From Clostridia bacterium (GTDB lineage: Bacteria; Bacillota; Clostridia; CAKSNL01; HGM11501): 64,000 nt of DNA. Positions 1 to 9,714 of the stretch are shown here, piece after piece (within the stretch, counting starts at the first letter, position 1; each line of letters begins with the position of its first letter). The notes under the pieces were generated by a model. It was not told where the DNA came from, made no database searches, and saw nothing but the letters and a program-made list of their open reading frames with translations. A program made the position numbers and the translations under genes. The stretch covers positions 58,539 through 122,538 of the forward strand of contig CAAFWO010000052.1 of NCBI GenBank assembly GCA_900766735.1, read 5' to 3'.

Positions 1-659
1 TTGACGCGCACGACGGAAGAGTGCAGAACGCAATTCCGCTCAAGGGCTTTGAGGACATTCAGTCCTCCTATCAGATGATAAAGGCGCTTAAGAGAGACTT
101 CCCCGAGATCAATTTCGATAAGGACAAGATGGTCATCGTTTCGCCCGATGAAGGCGGAGTGAGCAGATGTATCTTCTGTTCGTCGGTATTGGGGCTCGAA
201 CTCGGAATGTTCTATAAAAAGAGAAACTACTCGGTCATCGTGAACGGCAGAAACCCGATCGAGGCGCACGAGTATCTCGGTAACAGCGTTGAAGGCAAGG
301 ACGTTATCGTAATCGACGATATGATCTCCTCCGGTGATTCGGTATTGGACGTTGCCAGAAGATTGAAAGAGAGAAAAGCGGAGAGAATTTTCGTGTTCGC
401 GTCGTTCGGCCTTTTCACAAACGGCCTTGAGGAATTTGACAAGGCATATGACGCAGGCCTTATCACAAAGATATTCACAACAAACCTTGTCTACAGAACG
501 GACGAGCTTAAGAAAAGAGCATGGTACAGAGAAGTTGAAATGTCAAAGTACATTGCTTATATCATCGATACCATCAACTATGATAAGTCGCTGTCAGAGC
601 TTTTGGATCCGGCAGACAGAATCAAAAAGCTTTTGGCAAAAAATACTGACCGCAAGTGA
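1..659 (+). CDS. Ribose-phosphate pyrophosphokinase (PRPP synthetase)-like protein, C-terminal part; the 5' end is probably outside the window
   Basis: The reading frame is open from the window start. It shows PRTase type-I motifs (VIVSPDEGG ... VIDDMISSGDS). A hairpin terminator follows the stop. Confidence 0.5.
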   Translation, partial: DAHDGRVQNAIPLKGFEDIQSSYQMIKALKRDFPEINFDKDKMVIVSPDEGGVSRCIFCSSVLGLELGMFYKKRNYSVIVNGRNPIEAHEYLGNSVEGKDVIVIDDMISSGDSVLDVARRLKERKAERIFVFASFGLFTNGLEEFDKAYDAGLITKIFTTNLVYRTDELKKRAWYREVEMSKYIAYIIDTINYDKSLSELLDPADRIKKLLAKNTDRK

Positions 660-663
660 TAAA

Positions 664-689
664 AAGCCCCGTTTACGCGGGGCTTTTTC
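664..689 (+). terminator. Rho-independent terminator (gccccg-loop-cggggc followed by a T-run)
   Basis: A GC-rich hairpin followed by TTTTTC, directly after the stop of the upstream ORF. Confidence 0.6.
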
Positions 690-702
690 AAGGAGAAATC
701 AA

Positions 703-2031
703 ATGGATATGACGAAAGGGCCGCTCGGAAAAGAGATCCTTTTTTTCAGCATTCCGCTCATTTTATCAAACCTTTTGCAGGTGTGCTTCAATATGTCCGA
801 CATTGCGGTGGTCGGAAAATTCGCAGGGTCGGAGGCACTGGGTGCAGTCGGGTCGACGACGATTCTGGTTACGCTTTTCACCGGCTTTCTGATCGGGATC
901 GGGAACGGAGTTAACGTGCTTGCGGCGCGCTTTATGGGGCTCGGCGATGAAAAGGGGTTAAAGGACTCTGTTAATACCTCGTTTGTCATCTGTCTTATAG
1001 CCGGCGTTTTGCTTTTGGCAGTCGGCATCCTGTTTTCCGGCACGCTTTTGGAGGTTTTGAAAACCAAAGAGGAGCTCATCGAGGGCGCGAAGCTCTATTT
1101 AAGAATATACTTTCTGGGCATGCCGGCTCTCGCTGTCTATAATTTCGGAAACGCCGTCTTATCCGCCGCAGGAGACACGAAGCGGCCGCTTTATTTCCTT
1201 GCCGCGGCCGGCGTTATCAACGTTTGCTTAAACCTTATTTTCGTTATCGTTTTTAAAAGAAGCGTGGACGGAGTCGCCGCGGCGAGCGTGATCTCGCAGT
1301 ATATCTCGGCGTTTTTGATAGTCAGATTCCTTTCAAAGCACGACTTTTCGTATTCTGTCGATTTTAAGGCGCTGTCCGTCAACAAAAAGCACGCCGCGTC
1401 GGTCTTAAAGCTCGGCGTTCCGTCCGGCTTTCAGAACGCTGTCTTTGCTATTGCGAACCTTTTCATTCAGGGAGCGGTGAACAGCTTTGACACGGTAGTG
1501 GTCGAGGGCAATGCCGCGGCCGCGAATGCCGACCCTTTGGTGTATGACGTTATGGCGGCGTTTTACATGGCGTGCGCAAGCTTTATGAGCATAAACTACG
1601 GCGCGGGCAACAAAAAGCGCGTGATAAAAAGCTATTACATTTCGCTGGCATATTCGGCCGGAATCGGCGCGGGGCTGGGAATTTTGCTCCTTCTTTTCGG
1701 AAAAGAATTTTTGGCTCTTTTCACAAACGAAGAGGCGGTTATAAACGAGGGGATAGTAAGGCTTCGGATAATGGCGTTTTCCTATGCCGTTTCGGCATTT
1801 ATGGACTGCACGATCGCAGCGTCGCGCGGGCTCGGGAAAACCATAGTGCCGACCGTGATGGTGATATTGGGCTCGTGCGTTTTCCGCGTCGCGTGGATAT
1901 ACACGGTGTTCGCGCATTTTCACACGGTCTTTTCGCTCTATTCGCTTTACATTTTCTCGTGGAGCATAACCGCGGCGGCGGAAATTATTTATTTCGTCTT
2001 TGCTTATAAAAAGGCGATGAGCGCATACTAA
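703..2031 (+). CDS. MATE family multidrug/oligosaccharidyl-lipid efflux transporter
   Basis: An AGGAGA RBS lies 7 nt upstream of the ATG at 703. The protein has ~12 predicted TM helices and typical MATE sequence (MDMTKGPLGKEILFFSIPLILSNLLQ...). Confidence 0.8.
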   Translation: MDMTKGPLGKEILFFSIPLILSNLLQVCFNMSDIAVVGKFAGSEALGAVGSTTILVTLFTGFLIGIGNGVNVLAARFMGLGDEKGLKDSVNTSFVICLIAGVLLLAVGILFSGTLLEVLKTKEELIEGAKLYLRIYFLGMPALAVYNFGNAVLSAAGDTKRPLYFLAAAGVINVCLNLIFVIVFKRSVDGVAAASVISQYISAFLIVRFLSKHDFSYSVDFKALSVNKKHAASVLKLGVPSGFQNAVFAIANLFIQGAVNSFDTVVVEGNAAAANADPLVYDVMAAFYMACASFMSINYGAGNKKRVIKSYYISLAYSAGIGAGLGILLLLFGKEFLALFTNEEAVINEGIVRLRIMAFSYAVSAFMDCTIAASRGLGKTIVPTVMVILGSCVFRVAWIYTVFAHFHTVFSLYSLYIFSWSITAAAEIIYFVFAYKKAMSAY

Positions 2032-2042
2032 GGAGAATACAA

Positions 2043-3032
2043 ATGGAAACGAAGATTTTGGATGTTGACGTTTTAAATATTGATGAGGAAAAGATCAATG
2101 AGGCGGCGAAGATGATAAGAGACGGCCGCCTTGTCGCGTTCCCGACGGAGACGGTCTACGGCCTCGGGGCAAATGCCGAAAACGAGGAGGCCGTGAAGAG
2201 CATTTTTTATGCCAAGGGAAGGCCGAGCGACAACCCTTTGATCGTTCACGTTTCCGACATCGCGATGTGCGAGAGGTATGTCAAAAAAATTCCGAAGGGC
2301 GCGGAGGCGCTGATGGCGCATTTTTGGGGCGGCCCTTTGACAATCATTATGGAAAAGAGCCCGCTTGCCTGCCAAAGCGTCAGCGCCGGGCTTGACACGG
2401 TCGGCATCAGGCTCCCGTCACACCCGGTGGCGCACGCGCTTATAAAGGCGGCGGACATCGGCATCGCCGCACCGAGCGCGAACATTTCGGGAAAGCCGAG
2501 CCCGACGCTTGCCGAGCACGTGATAGCGGACTTTTCGGGAAGAATCGATTGCATCATATCGTCCGGCGCGGCAAAGTACGGCGTCGAGTCCACCGTTATC
2601 GATATGAGCGAGGAGATACCCAAGGTTCTGCGCCCCGGCGCCGTGAGCCTTGATATGATAAGAGAGATTCTGCCGGACTCAGAGTACGGCGGAGGGGGTA
2701 AGGGCATTCCCAAAAGCCCGGGCATGAAATACAAGCACTATTCGCCGGACGCGAAGGTTTACGTCGTCCGCTCGGATATGAAAAAGACGGCGGAAAAGTT
2801 CCCGGACGGCACGGTCGTCATCGACTATAAAAAGGGCGACTACCCGGGAAAGATTTTTCTTTCTGCCGGCGAGAACGATTCGGACTATGCCGCGCGGCTT
2901 TTCTACCTTCTGCGCCTGGCGGACGAAAAGGGCGCGAAAACCGTTCTCGCGCGCGATCCAATAGGTGGAGCTCCGGTGACGGACGCGCTCATAAACAGGC
3001 TCTATAAATCTGCCGGGGGCGAGATAATATGA
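2043..3032 (+). CDS. tsaC: L-threonylcarbamoyladenylate synthase (Sua5/TsaC type, long form with Sua5 C-domain)
   Basis: YrdC/Sua5 signature VAFPTETVYGLGANA. The length is 329 aa, and it sits upstream of rimI and tsaD. Confidence 0.85.
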   Translation: METKILDVDVLNIDEEKINEAAKMIRDGRLVAFPTETVYGLGANAENEEAVKSIFYAKGRPSDNPLIVHVSDIAMCERYVKKIPKGAEALMAHFWGGPLTIIMEKSPLACQSVSAGLDTVGIRLPSHPVAHALIKAADIGIAAPSANISGKPSPTLAEHVIADFSGRIDCIISSGAAKYGVESTVIDMSEEIPKVLRPGAVSLDMIREILPDSEYGGGGKGIPKSPGMKYKHYSPDAKVYVVRSDMKKTAEKFPDGTVVIDYKKGDYPGKIFLSAGENDSDYAARLFYLLRLADEKGAKTVLARDPIGGAPVTDALINRLYKSAGGEII

Positions 3033-3451
3033 TCATTTTCGTGTGCACGGGAAACACCTGCCGAAGCCCGATGGCCGAGGGGTTTTATAAGGCGGCGACC
3101 GGGGAAGACGCGCAAAGCTTTGGCCTGATGTGCCCGGAAGGCGTTCCGGCGAGCAAAAACGCTGTTTCGGCGATGGAAAAGTTCGGGATCGACATAAAAG
3201 ACTGCACATCGCACCGCATAACGGCCGCGGCGGCCGCGGCGGCAGATGAGATTTTGTGCATGACCGAGGAGCAGAAGATAATGCTCACCTATGCATATCC
3301 CGAATATTCAGAAAAGATACGCCTGCTTTCGGAGGCGGCCGGGAAGAAAGGCAATGTGGCCGATCCGTTCGGCGGAGGCGAAAAGACTTATCTTGCCTCT
3401 GCGAAGGAAATAAAGGAGCTTGTCGATGGATATATTAAACTGCACGGCTGA
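3029..3451 (+). CDS. Low-molecular-weight protein-tyrosine-phosphatase (arsenate-reductase fold)
   Basis: N-terminal CTGNTCRSPMAEG P-loop. The ATGA overlap with tsaC suggests translational coupling. Confidence 0.85.
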   Translation: MIIFVCTGNTCRSPMAEGFYKAATGEDAQSFGLMCPEGVPASKNAVSAMEKFGIDIKDCTSHRITAAAAAAADEILCMTEEQKIMLTYAYPEYSEKIRLLSEAAGKKGNVADPFGGGEKTYLASAKEIKELVDGYIKLHG

Positions 3452-3857
3452 CGACGCCGGGGATATAAAAAGAATTGAGGACGCGTCGTTTTCGGACGCG
3501 TGGAGCAAAGCCGCGATCGGCGAGGAGATCGCAAATCGTTCCGTCTGCCTTTCCGCGTTTGACCACAAGCTGTCCGGCTATGTCTTTTTAAGGGTCATCG
3601 CACCGGAGGCGGAGATACTAAGGATCGCCGTCGCGCCGGAGAAAAGAGGGCGCGGCACGGCGGATATATTAATGAAAGAAATTTTGTCCGAAGCAGAAAA
3701 AAGGAACATAGAGACCGTGTTTTTAGAGGTTCGCGAGGACAACGCGCCGGCGCGGAGGCTTTATGAAAAGCACGGATTTATCCCGTACGGCGTGAGAAAA
3801 AAGTATTACGATGGCACCTTTGACGCGGTGCTTTACAAAAAAGAAATGAGGGGCTGA
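3426..3857 (+). CDS. rimI: Ribosomal-protein-alanine N-acetyltransferase (GNAT)
   Basis: GNAT motifs. The start is re-called to the ATG at 3426, preceded by an AAGGAG RBS. It is adjacent to tsaD. Confidence 0.75.
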   Translation: MDILNCTADDAGDIKRIEDASFSDAWSKAAIGEEIANRSVCLSAFDHKLSGYVFLRVIAPEAEILRIAVAPEKRGRGTADILMKEILSEAEKRNIETVFLEVREDNAPARRLYEKHGFIPYGVRKKYYDGTFDAVLYKKEMRG

Positions 3858-3862
3858 CTTTA

Positions 3863-4858
3863 ATGATAGTTCTCGGGATCGAAAGCTCGTGCGACGAGAC
3901 GGCCGCGGCGATAACAAGGGACGGGAGAGAGGTTTTGTCCGACGTTATCTATTCGCAGGCCGATATACATTCAAAATACGGCGGAGTCGTGCCGGAGATA
4001 GCGTCCAGAAGGCACATCGAAAAGATATTATATGTCATAGATAAGGCGCTCGCCGACGCGGGCATGACGAAGGACGATATTGACGCGATCGCCGTCACAA
4101 TGGGGCCCGGCCTTGTCGGAGCGCTCCTTGTCGGCGTTTCGGCGGCAAAGTCGCTCGCCTATGCGTGGGGCAAGCCGCTCATCGGCGTCAACCACATAAT
4201 CGGGCACATCTCGGCAAACTTTGTCGCGTTCCCTGAGCTCACACCTCCGTTTTTGTGCCTCGTCGCGTCCGGCGGCCACAGCCACATCGTGAATGTGAAA
4301 AGCTACACCGAGACCGAGATACTGGGCGCAACGAAGGACGACGCGGCCGGCGAAGCGTTTGACAAGGTCGCGCGCGTCATCGGGCTCGGCTATCCGGGCG
4401 GCCCGAAGGTCGACGCGGCGGCAAAAGAGGGCAACGACAAAGCGTTTGACTTTCCGAGGGCGAAGACCGGAAACGATTTTTCGTTCAGCGGATTAAAGAC
4501 CGCCGTTATCAACACCGTTCACAAGATGGAGCAAAAGGGCGAGCCCGTCCCGCAGGCGGACATTGCGGCAAGCTTTCAAAGAGCGGTCGTCGACGTGCTG
4601 ACAGAAAAGACGATCCATGCGGCAAAGATTTCCGGCTCTGAAAAGATATGCCTTGCCGGGGGTGTTGCCTCAAACTCGCTTTTAAGAAGTGAAATGGCGA
4701 AAAAGGCAAAGAGCGAGAAAATAGAGGTTTACTATCCGCCCTTAAGGCTCTGCACCGACAACGCGGTGATGATCTCGTCCGCCGGATATTTTAAATACAA
4801 ATACACGGGCGAGACTGCCGGAAACGACTTAAACGCATATCCCGCGCTTTCAATTTAA
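3863..4858 (+). CDS. tsaD: tRNA N6-adenosine threonylcarbamoyltransferase TsaD (Kae1/Gcp family)
   Basis: N-terminus [17 protein letters not shown] and HxxH metal motifs. Confidence 0.9.
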   Translation: MIVLGIESSCDETAAAITRDGREVLSDVIYSQADIHSKYGGVVPEIASRRHIEKILYVIDKALADAGMTKDDIDAIAVTMGPGLVGALLVGVSAAKSLAYAWGKPLIGVNHIIGHISANFVAFPELTPPFLCLVASGGHSHIVNVKSYTETEILGATKDDAAGEAFDKVARVIGLGYPGGPKVDAAAKEGNDKAFDFPRAKTGNDFSFSGLKTAVINTVHKMEQKGEPVPQADIAASFQRAVVDVLTEKTIHAAKISGSEKICLAGGVASNSLLRSEMAKKAKSEKIEVYYPPLRLCTDNAVMISSAGYFKYKYTGETAGNDLNAYPALSI

Positions 4859-4863
4859 AAGAC

Positions 4864-4885
4864 CTTCGGGTCTTTTTTTGTTTAA
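4864..4885 (+). terminator. Rho-independent terminator after tsaD
   Basis: gaccttcgggtc hairpin followed by TTTTTTTG. Confidence 0.6.
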
Positions 4886-4929
4886 AAAATTGTTTTGGGG
4901 CAATACTCATTTTGAAAGAAGGTATTGCT

Positions 4930-5052
4930 TTGAAAATTGAACGCTATGTAAACGGGAAAAAGATCACGTTTGACCAGATGAAAAGATACACCGTTAAGAA
5001 CAGGACCGTCGACGCGGCGGTCGAGCGCGTGATAAAACGCGAGAGCAGATGA
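4930..5052 (+). CDS. Hypothetical small basic protein (~40 aa, TTG start) translationally coupled to the serine recombinase
   Basis: An AAGAAGG RBS lies 8 nt before the TTG. Its stop overlaps the recombinase start (ATGA). It is not in the ORF track because of the TTG start. Confidence 0.3.
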   Translation: MKIERYVNGKKITFDQMKRYTVKNRTVDAAVERVIKRESR

Positions 5053-6401
5053 CGAAAAAGACGGCGCTTTATATAAGAGTGTCGACCGACGCACAGCGCG
5101 AGGAGGGCTATTCGATCGACGCGCAGAAGGAGATGCTTTCGGCCTTCTGCGTGTCGAAAAGAATCGAAAACCACGAGTTTTTCATCGACGGAGGCTTTTC
5201 CGGGAGCAACTTGGAGCGCCCGGAGATGAAAAGGCTCATCGCCGAGGCAAAGGAGAAAAAGATCTGCCGCGTCATCGTCTATAAGCTCGACCGACTGAGC
5301 CGAAGCCAGAGAGACACCCTTTATTTAATAGAAGAAATTTTTAATCCGAACGGGATCGACTTCGTTTCGATGAACGAGAGTATGGACACGTCGACTCCGC
5401 TCGGGCGGCTGATGCTCGGCATTCTCTCCGCCTTCGCGCAGTTGGAGCGTGAAAACATCAAGGAGCGCACGAGGATGGGAATGGCCGAGCGCGTCAAGGC
5501 CGGGTTCTGGCCTGGCGGCGGACGGGTGCCGTTCGGATATGACTATGACCCCGAAAAGGGGATACTTGTCCCAAACAGCGACGCACAGACCGTGAGGCTC
5601 ATCTATAACCTCTACATTTCGGGAACTCCGATGTATAAGATCGCAAAGACGGTCGGTCTTAAATATGAGCGCCTCGCGGTGCAGATACTAAAGCGCAAGT
5701 CCAACGCCGGCTACATCGTCTATAACGGCAAAGAATATAAAGGAAGGCACGAGCCGATTATAAGCGAGGAGACCTATAATGAAGCGATGGCGCTTATGGA
5801 GGAGCGCTCGAAAAAAAGGCTGACCGATTCTGAGTATCTGCTCTCGGGAATAGTCTACTGCGGAGTGTGCGGCGCTAAGATGCGCTATCAGAAGTGGGGG
5901 AAAAGCGGCGCAAAGCTCTGCTGTTACTCGAAGGACAAAAACAAGCCCTATCTTGTAAAGGACCCTGACTGCGACAACGAAAACGTCTGGGCGTCCGAAG
6001 TGGAGGACGCGGTGGTGGGCGACATTCTGGAGCTCTCATACAAGATCGAAAAGGGAGCTTTACCCGAGGCGGACATAACGGGCGCGCTTTCGGCGAAAAA
6101 GCTTCAGTGCGAGAAAAAGTTAAAAAGGCTCTATTCGCTCTATGCCGCGGACGGCGACGAGGTTTTAAAAAGCGCGATCGCCGAGGTGAAAAAGGAACTT
6201 GAAAAAGCCGAGGCGGCGCTTTCGGATGAAAAGAAGAAGGAGGCGGAGGCCAAAAAGCGCGAGGGCAAGAGGAAAAAGCTTGAAACGTTAAAGGACACAT
6301 GGGAGTTTATGACAGCAAAAGAGAAGAGAAACATCGTCCGCAGTCTGGTCTCAAAGGTCACCGTGACGCACGACACTGTGAAAATTGAGTATCTTTTGTA
6401 A
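5049..6401 (+). CDS. Large serine recombinase (resolvase catalytic domain, recombinase domain, zinc ribbon, coiled coil)
   Basis: N-terminal ALYIRVSTDAQ with the catalytic Ser, and a CGVCG...C...C zinc ribbon. The C-terminal coiled coil is K/E-rich. Confidence 0.85.
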   Translation: MTKKTALYIRVSTDAQREEGYSIDAQKEMLSAFCVSKRIENHEFFIDGGFSGSNLERPEMKRLIAEAKEKKICRVIVYKLDRLSRSQRDTLYLIEEIFNPNGIDFVSMNESMDTSTPLGRLMLGILSAFAQLERENIKERTRMGMAERVKAGFWPGGGRVPFGYDYDPEKGILVPNSDAQTVRLIYNLYISGTPMYKIAKTVGLKYERLAVQILKRKSNAGYIVYNGKEYKGRHEPIISEETYNEAMALMEERSKKRLTDSEYLLSGIVYCGVCGAKMRYQKWGKSGAKLCCYSKDKNKPYLVKDPDCDNENVWASEVEDAVVGDILELSYKIEKGALPEADITGALSAKKLQCEKKLKRLYSLYAADGDEVLKSAIAEVKKELEKAEAALSDEKKKEAEAKKREGKRKKLETLKDTWEFMTAKEKRNIVRSLVSKVTVTHDTVKIEYLL

Positions 6402-6523
6402 ATATGTGTAACATTAATGCGTATGATGTAGTCTGCAATGCGCATATTTAGGCATTTTGATGAAAAAAGTTAATAAGGTTTAATGTTTTCACCAAAAAAA
6501 ATTAAATTTTGCTAAATTTTGTG

Positions 6524-6552
6524 TTGATTTTTTGTGCATAATGGTATATAAT
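6524..6552 (+). promoter_or_regulatory. Sigma-A-type promoter (TTGATT-N17-TATAAT) for the 7-gene operon
   Basis: Near-consensus -35/-10 elements lie in the AT-rich spacer, ~110 nt upstream of the ATG at 6661. Confidence 0.45.
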
Positions 6553-6660
6553 AAAGTATGTACGTTTTTACCGGGCGGCTCTGCGCCCAAAAAACGCCGG
6601 AAAATGGGGGCCGGCGGGCAAAGAGCCGGGCAGATATTATTTTCTACAGGAGGTTTTAAA

Positions 6661-9600
6661 ATGACGTCAAGAAAAGCAACGGCGGTATTACTTGCTCTGC
6701 TTGTCACAGTGACAAGCTTTACGGCACTGCCCAAAGATGCAAAGGCGGCGGCGAGCACAAAATTCGAAGCGCTCGATTTTTCCTATGACCGCGACGACGT
6801 GTACACAAACTACATAAAGAAGTATGAGAATGCGGCTCATCCCGAGGTTGAGATTGCAGTTCCCGCGGCTTCTTTCGCGTCGGCGGCAAATCCGGAGACT
6901 GTGACCGGATATGCCGAGCTCGACGGGATGGAGAGTGTGCTCGAATTCGGAGAGGATGTTCAGTCCGTTACATATAATGTGAATATACCCCAGGAGGGTC
7001 TGTACAACATAAAGTACAGCATTAAGGGGCATGAAAATATCAAAAACGATATGGAGTTTGCTGTCAAGATAAACGGAGAATCGCCGTTTAACGAGGCAAT
7101 GACCATTCAGTCGCCCAGAGGATTCAAAAACTCGGACGAGGGATTTAAGGTCATCACCGACGAAGACAAAAACCGCACCGCGGAGTTTTCGCAGGACCGC
7201 GAAAACGATATGCGACCCAACCAGGAGAAGCTCTTAAAGTGGCGCACCGAATGGCTGGTCGATTCCGGCGGACTTATTGACGAACCCCTGTCGTTTTATT
7301 TTAATGCCGGTGAAAACACGATAACGTTTACGACTGTCGGCGAGCCTTTCTATATCGCCGGAATAACGCTTTGCCAGTATCACGCCCCCAAGGCATATGC
7401 GGAGGTTAAAAAAGAATATGACGCAAAGGGATATAAGCCTGCGACAAAGCAGTTCAAGGTTCAGGCCGAGACTGCGGACGAGTTTTCAGACTCCGCGCTT
7501 TATCCCATATCCGTGAGAAATAACGCTCAGATGGAGCCCCACCACACCAGCAAGACGAGAATCAACGCGGCCGGAGGTGCTAACTGGGGAAGCGCGAGAA
7601 GCTGGCTTCAGTGGACGATCGAGGCTCCGGAGTCCGGACTTTACGAAATGGCAATAAAGTTCCAGCAGAGCTCCTATGTCGGTATGAACGCGACAAGAAC
7701 GGTCTATGTTGACGGCGAGGTTCCTTATGAGGAGTTAAAGCACTTAAAGTTCGCATACGACTCCGGCTGGCAGGTTATGAAGACCGAGGATGAGTCCGGC
7801 GAGCCTTACTACATATATCTGTCCGAGGGTACGCATACTTTGAGAATGGAAGTTAACCTCGGCGAAATGTCCGCTATTATCGACAGACTGACGACGGTTA
7901 CATACCGCTTGAACAGCATATACAGCTCAGTTGTTATGCTTGCGTCTACGTCTCCCGATAAATACAGAGACTATTACTACGACAGAAGAATACCCAGCCT
8001 TATCGACGATCTTAAGTGGACAAGAGAAGAGATAAGCCAGATCAAGGAGTCCATCATCGAGGTTACCGGAACGTCGAGCTCGAAGACGGCGACGCTTGAA
8101 AGCTTTATCAATCAGCTTGACATTCTTATCGACGATCCGGATGAGTTCAGCAAGAGGCTTGAGGCGTTCAAGAACAACATCACCTCACTGAGTCAGTGGA
8201 TCATCGATAACAAGAGTCAGCCCGTTTCGCTTGACTACATCGTTTTCGGCCCGGCCGATATGAAGCTTGACAGAGCGGAAGCAGGATTCTTTAAGGGATT
8301 CTGGGAGGGTACGAAGACCTTCTTGGCATCGTTCGTCGAGGATTACAACGTAATCGGTGCGGTTGCCGGCGAGGGCAGAAAGGTCAAGGTATGGGTCAAC
8401 ACCGGCCGTGACCAGATCAACATCATCAACAACATGGTTAACGACGAGTTTACACCCGCAACCGGAATCAACGTTCAGCTTGAGCTCGTTCAGGGCTCGC
8501 TGATTGAGTCCACACTTGCCGGAAAGGGACCGGACGTTGCACTCATGATCGCGTCGGACCAGCCCGTAAACTATGCGATAAGAGGCGCGCTCGTAGATCT
8601 TTCACAGTTCGGGCCGCAGGATCTTGACGGAGACGGCAAGAACGAGGTCAACGGCTTTGCCGACGTTTATAAGAGATACAGCAGCCAGAACTTCGAGGGA
8701 TTTGCGTTCCAGATGAATTCCGACAAGGACAATGAAAAGGCTCACGAGGGCGAAGAGTGGACATGTGAGGCCTGCGGAACGGTGAACAACACCGGAATCT
8801 GCCCCACATGCGGATTTAAGAAATATTACGCATACTATGCCGTTCCCGAGACGCAGAATTTTAACATGATGTTCTACAGGAAGGACATTTTGGCAGAGCT
8901 CGGTCTCGGCGTTCCGAACACATGGGACGACTTTTATGCGATGCTTCCCGTGCTCAGAAGAAACAACCTTGAGGTCGGCGTTCCTTCGGGAACGATGTAT
9001 CAGATCCTCTTGTATCAGTACGGCGGAAGCTTCTATTCGGAGGATCGTCATAAGTCGGGACTCACGACGGACGCGGCAAAGGAAGCGTTTGTTGAGGTTT
9101 CGGATTGCTTCATTAAATATGACTTCCCGATAACCTTCAACTTCTACACGAGATTCAGAAGCGGCGAGATGCCGATCTCGATCCAGCCCTACACGCAGTA
9201 CAACCTGATCAATGCCGCGGCGCCCGAAATTCAGGGTCTGTGGGATATGACCAAGGTGCCCGGAACAAAGAGGGAGGACGGAAGCGTTGACTACGCGCAG
9301 AACGTTTCCTCCTCGGGCGCTATCATGTTTGAAAACACCAAGGACAAGGAAGCGGCGTGGGCATTTATCGAATGGTACACCAGAAACGATATGCAGACCC
9401 GTTACGGAACAGAGCTTGAGTCCATCATGGGCGCGGCCGGCCGTTATGCGGCGGCAAACACCGAGGCATTCCGCAACCTCGCGTGGACAAGACAGCAAAC
9501 GAGACTTTTGAGTGAGCAGATGGAAGACCTTGTCGGTGTTCCCGAAGTTCCCGGAAGCTATTTCATGGCAAGAACGATAACTCTTGCGTTCAACGACGCT

Positions 9601-9699
9601 TATATCGAGATGGAGAATCCCTATAAGGCATTGTCCGAGCGTGCTGAGGATCTTGACGATGAGATCGCGAGAAAGTACGAAGAGTTCGGATTATATTAA
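6661..9699 (+). CDS. Secreted ~1012-aa protein: an unknown ~500-aa N-terminal domain fused to an ABC-type extracellular solute-binding domain carrying a Cys4 zinc-ribbon insertion
   Basis: An AGGAGG RBS and a signal peptide (AKA-AAS). The C-terminal half resembles family-1 sugar SBPs. A CEACGx9CPTCG motif is embedded in it. Confidence 0.7.
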   Translation: MTSRKATAVLLALLVTVTSFTALPKDAKAAASTKFEALDFSYDRDDVYTNYIKKYENAAHPEVEIAVPAASFASAANPETVTGYAELDGMESVLEFGEDVQSVTYNVNIPQEGLYNIKYSIKGHENIKNDMEFAVKINGESPFNEAMTIQSPRGFKNSDEGFKVITDEDKNRTAEFSQDRENDMRPNQEKLLKWRTEWLVDSGGLIDEPLSFYFNAGENTITFTTVGEPFYIAGITLCQYHAPKAYAEVKKEYDAKGYKPATKQFKVQAETADEFSDSALYPISVRNNAQMEPHHTSKTRINAAGGANWGSARSWLQWTIEAPESGLYEMAIKFQQSSYVGMNATRTVYVDGEVPYEELKHLKFAYDSGWQVMKTEDESGEPYYIYLSEGTHTLRMEVNLGEMSAIIDRLTTVTYRLNSIYSSVVMLASTSPDKYRDYYYDRRIPSLIDDLKWTREEISQIKESIIEVTGTSSSKTATLESFINQLDILIDDPDEFSKRLEAFKNNITSLSQWIIDNKSQPVSLDYIVFGPADMKLDRAEAGFFKGFWEGTKTFLASFVEDYNVIGAVAGEGRKVKVWVNTGRDQINIINNMVNDEFTPATGINVQLELVQGSLIESTLAGKGPDVALMIASDQPVNYAIRGALVDLSQFGPQDLDGDGKNEVNGFADVYKRYSSQNFEGFAFQMNSDKDNEKAHEGEEWTCEACGTVNNTGICPTCGFKKYYAYYAVPETQNFNMMFYRKDILAELGLGVPNTWDDFYAMLPVLRRNNLEVGVPSGTMYQILLYQYGGSFYSEDRHKSGLTTDAAKEAFVEVSDCFIKYDFPITFNFYTRFRSGEMPISIQPYTQYNLINAAAPEIQGLWDMTKVPGTKREDGSVDYAQNVSSSGAIMFENTKDKEAAWAFIEWYTRNDMQTRYGTELESIMGAAGRYAAANTEAFRNLAWTRQQTRLLSEQMEDLVGVPEVPGSYFMARTITLAFNDAYIEMENPYKALSERAEDLDDEIARKYEEFGLY

Positions 9700-9714
9700 T
9701 AGGAGGTGTGGATT

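Noticed and set aside
1405-2009. Antisense and alternative-frame ORFs (172 aa and 145 aa) inside the first MATE gene
   Set aside because: The translations are Arg/His-rich and nonsensical, which is typical of spurious ORFs in GC-rich coding sequence.
5875-6300. 141-aa Pro/Arg-rich antisense ORF inside the serine recombinase gene
   Set aside because: It is low-complexity and opposite a gene with clear catalytic motifs.
8602-9498. 298-aa antisense ORF within the SBP-fusion gene
   Set aside because: There is no start context. The composition is rich in Cys, Arg and Val, and it lies wholly inside a well-supported sense-strand gene.
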